Below the pieces are notes generated by a model, which was not told where the DNA came from, searched no databases, and worked only from the letters and a program-made list of their open reading frames with translations. From contig OX597836.1 of NCBI GenBank assembly GCA_951406725.2, positions 29,078,001 to 29,142,000 of the forward strand: DNA of 64,000 bases, written 5' to 3'. Shown here piece after piece: positions 58,001-64,000 of this stretch (within the stretch, counting starts at the first letter, position 1; every line of letters starts with the position of its first letter). A program made the position numbers and the translations under genes. The stretch is from Octopus vulgaris. Taxonomy: Eukaryota.

Positions 58001-59921
58001 GTGTGGTAAGTAGCTTGCTTACCAACCACATGGTTCTGGGTTCAGTCCCACTGTGTGGCACCTTGGGCAAGTGTCTTCTACTATAGCCTTGGGCTGACCA
58101 AAGCGTTGTGAATGGATTTGGTAGACAGAAACTGCAAGAAGCCCATTGTATATATGTATGTGTGTATATATATATATATATGTATGTATGTATGTTTGTG
58201 TGTCTGTTTGTCCCCCTCACAGTATGGTTTTACAAATCAATTTTCCCCATTGAAATTAACTAAAATATCATTAATCCATTCCAGCCCCCAAAAACCACTC
58301 AAAAATAATTTTTTTTATGGGTTTTAAAATAGAAAAGGTGTTACAAGTAAAATGACAATTATAAAAAAAGAGAATGCAAAAGAAATATGTAAACTGGTTT
58401 TATTAACTGAATTACCTTAACCCTTTAGCATTCAAACCGGCCATATCCAGCCAAAATATTTAACCTGTTTTATATTGAAACTGACCAGATCTTGCCTCTC
58501 ACCTCAGCCCTACCATGTCATTCTAAAACTAAAAAAATCACATCACTGAAATCTCTAAACTACAAGATAATGCAGGATTAATTCAAACCATTTTAAATAA
58601 ACAAAACATCACATTTGACAGAATAATCTGAACACTAAAGGATTAAAGATGGGTTATTTTGTGTGCTTGTACTTCAGGACAAAACATTTGGCATGCGTCT
58701 TGGCATATACAGCAAATTACTCATACAATGAGGCATCTGTACTGCGAGGTTCTACTGAAATAGGAGTTTTTTAAACATTGAATGGTTATGAGGGTCCACC
58801 TGAGTAAAATAGGAAACATAGATAGTGGGGTGGGTGACAGCTGTTTTTGAGAAGTAACATGACCTGCTATCCAAGATCCCAAAAGAAGTTGTACCTGGGC
58901 AAAAAACTCAAATCATCATTATCATCATCATTTAACATTCTCCATACTGTCATGGGTTGGACCAAGAGGGCAGCAATATGAAACTCATTAATTCACATTA
59001 GAAACCAACCACATAACATTGCCCATTGAAAACATGAGGGAAATAGCAGTGCCCCAGTATGGGCACAATCTTTGGGCTGGAACACATAAATCAGTAAAGG
59101 AATATTCTTTAATTCTTTTACTGGTTTCAATCATTTGACTGTGGTCATCCTGGAGCACTGCCTTTAGTTGAGCAAATCGACCCCAGGACTTATTCTTTGT
59201 AAGCCTAGTACTTATTCTATCGGTCCCTTTTGCAGAGCCACTAAGTTATGGAGATATAAACACACCAGCATCAGTCGTCAAGTGATGGTAGGGGAACAAA
59301 CAAACACACACATATATGTATATACAACGGGCTTATTTCAGTTTCTGTCTACCTAATCCACTCACAAGGCTACAGTAGAAGACACTTGCCCATGGTGCCA
59401 CACAGTGCGACTGAACCCAGAACCATATGGTTGGTAGGCAAGCTTCTTACCATACAGCCACTCCTGCACCTTTATATACATATATAATATCCTTCTTTCA
59501 TCTCTTATTTGTTCCTGTCACTGGACTGCAGCCATGCTGGGGCACTACCCTGAAGGGATTTAGGTGAATAGACCAACCTCAGTACATTGTTGTCTTTTAA
59601 GCCGAATGCCTATTCTTTTGTTGAACTGCTGAGTTACTGAGACATAAAGAAGCCAACACAAAGACACACACATATACATATGTATAAAGAAGGGCTTCTT
59701 TCAGTTTCTATCTATCAAATTCAGTCACTAGGCTTTAGTTGAACCAGAGCCAACCCAAACATTTGTCCAACATGCCATGCATGGGGCCTTTATGAAGTGG
59801 TTGGAGTGCTAGAACTGGTGCATTGAAATAAGAGGATCCTATTTTGAAGAAGATTAGAATTTTGAACTTTTTTAAAATGAAGAAATGTTTCTCCTGAAAC
59901 TTCTAGAATGCACTTTGTATG

Positions 59922-59971
<50 letters not shown>

Positions 59972-61809
59972 AAAGTTAATCCAAACATGAAGGCACAAAA
60001 AACACAACAACGCGAGGACGTGGAACAAATATAGTATTATTGGACGCTCAGGAAAGAAGGAGGGTTTAACGTTTCGAGCGGAGCTCTTCGTCGGAAACAT
60101 AGGAGAAGGAAAAATCCAGAGAAGGGATATCAGGGACATGCTGCCTATGTAGGCAGTGCCTAACTTGAATAAAATAGATTGATAGCAGCATTTTCCTTTA
60201 ATGGCAAAATATGCACTTAATTCAGTATTTTTTTTTGTAGATAAGGTAGGCATAATTCGCTTCTGCTTTCCAATCTCAGTATTTAAACTATGTATAGTAC
60301 TGCTGTAGTACACATGATGCATACACTCCTACAACACCGGTTTCTTTATGTGCTATAAAGGCAGAAGTAAATCTGCCTTCAACTCAGTCGCATGCCTGTG
60401 TTTCGTTTATTTTTTGTTTCACTACATAAAAGTCACCAACTGTTCAGTCAGGGTTCAGTCCTTCTTTCTTTCATATACTCGCTCTTTCCCCTCTTATTAT
60501 TACTCCCACTGCCACCATCAACACTACTATTAATAAAATCATCAACCCTCCTTAAATTTCTTTGTCTCTCTTTCTCTCCCTCTCTTTTTCTTTTTCTCTC
60601 CGTCTGTCTTTGCCACCAGCCTCAGCATATCTATACCTACTATTACTCTCACCCCAGCATGAACAATAGAAGTGTCAATGAATAGAGAAGGGGGCGAAGT
60701 GTGACACACTGACACACAGAAATTAGCTTTCGCATTTAATATATTAGATACATATATATATATATATATTATACATGAAGCAACTTCCATTTCTCAATAT
60801 ATTCCTGCAGCCATGCTTTCTCCTCTCTACTGTACTCCATCCTTAACTCTTCTTTATCTACTATTACTCCCAATATCCTAACAACCCCACCCCTGAGCCA
60901 CTCCTGTATCTCCCACCACTAATTATTACAGTCACCTCTATCCCATCTAACCATCTCTCAGTACATTCTTATGAAGCTTTCCCCTTTGTCCTCTCCTGCC
61001 CACCCACCCAGTCAAATCTTCGGTATGACTTCCCTTATATTCTCCTCCCAGGTATGGTCCCAGGAATTTTTCAAAGGGAGGAGACAAGGACAGAAGGGAA
61101 TACAATTCCAGGAGAAAAATGCATAATAACATTATTTAGAAGGGTGCACTTCTTCTCTTGAGTGGGGGCCATATGCTTCTCAGGCCCCCACTTGGGTCCA
61201 CCCTGGCCTCCCACTGTACCTTGACGGTATGTCCTGACACATATCTGCCACCATCTTTCCCACTTTCTCTTCTGTTTCTGTCTCTCTCTAAGTCCCCTCC
61301 CTTCTCTTCTATCTGGTATATCCTTGTACATTTTCTACAGCAAGACATCTATTTCTGTCCCTCTGTTTCTCTTTTAACCTCTCAGTAACTGGAACAAAGC
61401 CACCTCCTTCAATATTAATCTCCTAGTCTAGGGGACTTTGTCTTGGAAGTTACTTGGTGACGCCGCCAGTGATGGTGCAAGGTGGAAAAAAAAAAAAGCA
61501 TCCAGTATGCTCTGTAAAGTGGCTGGTGTTTGCATGGACATCTAGTCGTAGAAACCATGCCAATTCAGACAACAGGGCCTGGCATAGTCCTCTGGCTTGC
61601 CAGCTCTTGTCAAACCGTCCAACCCATGCCAGCATAGAAAGACGCCGTTAACTACACACACGTGCGCACACACACACACACACACACAATTAATATTAAT
61701 ACATATATATAGCATATGCATATACACATTTGTTATACATCATATGTGTTATATTATAATTTTAAATAATGGCTAATTCTTAAATAAATAAATAATATTT
61801 TACGACATT

Positions 61810-61863
61810 TACCGGAAATCGGAAGTCGTGAAACAGTCATAATGTTTATGGAAACTCAAGATG
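61810..61863 (+). promoter_or_regulatory. Possible promoter and first exon of an unidentified downstream gene
   Basis: Tandem ETS motifs ACCGGAAAT/CGGAAGT, then ATG TTT ATG GAA ACT CAA GAT G|gttagt donor; CpG-retaining sequence downstream. Confidence 0.4.
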
Positions 61864-62248
61864 GTTAGTACCAAAATCTCTTCTCCATGTCTTATATTTC
61901 TCCCTCTCTCTCTTTTCTATTTTTCTTTACTACCAGATGATGTCATTCCTGTTTGTTATATAAACACTGCTCTTTCTTTTAAACCAAACAATCTATATTA
62001 ATATCCATTGTGTAATTAACTGAAATCAGTTAAAATCCCTCGGGTATTGTTTTCCCCTCTGCATTTGCTCTACAAACAATGCACCTGGCTTCCCTGCTTT
62101 ATTTTCCGTTTCTTCCCTTCTTCTCCCATTTCCCCTCCTAAAATCCCAACGATTTGTAGTTTTATTGTTCTTAATAGATGTTCTTGTGGCATTACAGTAG
62201 TTGTTTTGTTTTAGATTATATTTCGAAATATCAATATATAATAAATAA

Positions 62249-62290
<42 letters not shown>

Positions 62291-62599
62291 TATATATCTT
62301 GAATTATTATGAAATAATAATGACATGGAAATTATCTCATTTAAGAAGAAAGGGGGAAAAAACCCCCCTAAAACCCAACTTTTGAAATTAGTCATATTCC
62401 AAATTCAAACTGCTTGTCATCACATTTTTTCTTGGTTGAAGAAGTCTTTTGACTTTCTTGCTTTCACAACCTAAATTATCGAAATTAATCCCCAAAAAAT
62501 AAATGTATTTGGTTTAAAAAAGAAATATATTTGCGTTACAATATACATAATAACTGACCAATTTTTCTTCTTTTAATTTGATTTATATACCCATACAAC

Positions 62600-62617
62600 A
62601 TACCACCCATATATACA

Positions 62618-62656
<39 letters not shown>

Positions 62657-62859
62657 GCACAAACGTGCTAATATACATATACATACTTAGTAATTGTGTA
62701 TATGCATACATATATATATATACACACGCACGCACAAACGTGCTAATATACATATACATACGTAGTAATTGTGTGTATACATACATACATACATACATAT
62801 ATATATACACGCACGCACAAACGTGCTAATATATATATACATACTTAGTAATTGTGTGT

Positions 62860-62890
<31 letters not shown>

Positions 62891-62962
62891 CACACGCACG
62901 CACAAACGTGCTAATATACATATACATACATAGTAATTGTGTGTATACATACATACATACAC
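62600..62962. repeat. Minisatellite of ACGCACAAACGTGCTAATATACATATACATAC.TAGTAATTGTG units
   Basis: Four ~80-bp imperfect tandem units with (TA)n spacers. Confidence 0.9.
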
Positions 62963-64000
62963 ACTGGCGGACTTTCGGTATAGCTTTTCAAAACGTGTCG
63001 CCCCCCTCTTCCCTCGCCACTTCCCAGTGGTGTTTTGAAATGCTGAAATGTGGAATTATTATAAAATGTGGGGAAAATTTCCCGGGGAAAAAGCGGAGAA
63101 ATTGCTGATTTATTTATATATGTATGATTTTTTCAAAAGGTCGCCAAGTTTATAATTGAATTCTGTCGCTACTCAGAGTTTTGTCTCTACGCGGGAGCTT
63201 TGAAGTGACAAAGAGATTCGGCATATTCTTTCTGGTGAATTAATAAAATCCCTGATATACACTGAATACCCCCTCGTGTGTATATTCAAATAAACACACA
63301 TGCAGCAAATTTGATATCATCGATTGAAGTTACCCCTAACAAATCCAGCAGACCTACGATCAAAGACATCACAGCCATGGCCATCCCGCCTATTTGGTTT
63401 GTGGATATGTGAGACTATATTATTCTCAGACTTATTTAAGACAGTAATATGTAATTCAGGAGGGATTTAGCTGGCATTTCTAGCTGTTGGGGGGGGTCTC
63501 CGTCATTCACTTAATAGCTTAAGTGACATGGCTTGACCTCTAGAAGTCAACGCTTCATTGTTCTGAAGAAATTTGGTCGAAACGATGCTAATTATTTTTT
63601 TAAAAAATTAAACCTATCTTTATTAAATTAATTTTAACAATTTAGAATGAATGATCTTCCATTGTCTCAAACACTTTTTTTCAAAAATTTAATTCTTGTG
63701 ATTTAATTTATTTAAAAAAAAAAATCTTCAGCACAGATAATCGTTAATTATAATTAGCTCTTTTCTTCTAAATTTCATTTTGATACAAAATATGAATTCT
63801 TCAATATTACTTTTCTCCATGATAATTTTTTAATTTCGAAATCTTTTTTTTTATATATATAATATTTGATTATAATATCGATATTTTACCGAAAAAATGC
63901 CCAAAGATTATATTTTGGCTTTTGTTCGTGAATAGCATCCCCGAGATATAATAAGTGTTTCATTCGACTATATTTTACTTGTTTCACTCATTGGACCGTG

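Overview
AT-rich, repeat-dense animal genomic DNA; the SINE and microsatellite repertoire looks like Octopus (inference from recognised repeat families). I assembled two multi-exon genes by hand, arranged head-to-head. (1) A sorting nexin-29 (RUN + coiled-coil + PX) gene on the minus strand: 21 phase-compatible coding exons from a putative ATG at 49010 down to 217, about 813 codons, with the last exon outside the window. (2) A complete RPL10 gene on the plus strand: TOP-type start ~49469, CDS 49713-54999, 219 aa. RPL10 introns contain H/ACA snoRNA candidates, one with a clear SNORA16/snR46-type 28S guide. A possible first exon of a third gene lies at ~61.8 kb. The rest is SINEs, piggyBac/hAT/Kolobok-like MITEs, a short Helitron, CR1 and R4/Dong LINE 3' fragments, Penelope-type minimal hammerhead-like motifs, and a tandem triplet of decayed tRNA-Arg genes, two carrying a UCA anticodon. 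Most ORFs in the supplied track are microsatellite or SINE artefacts.
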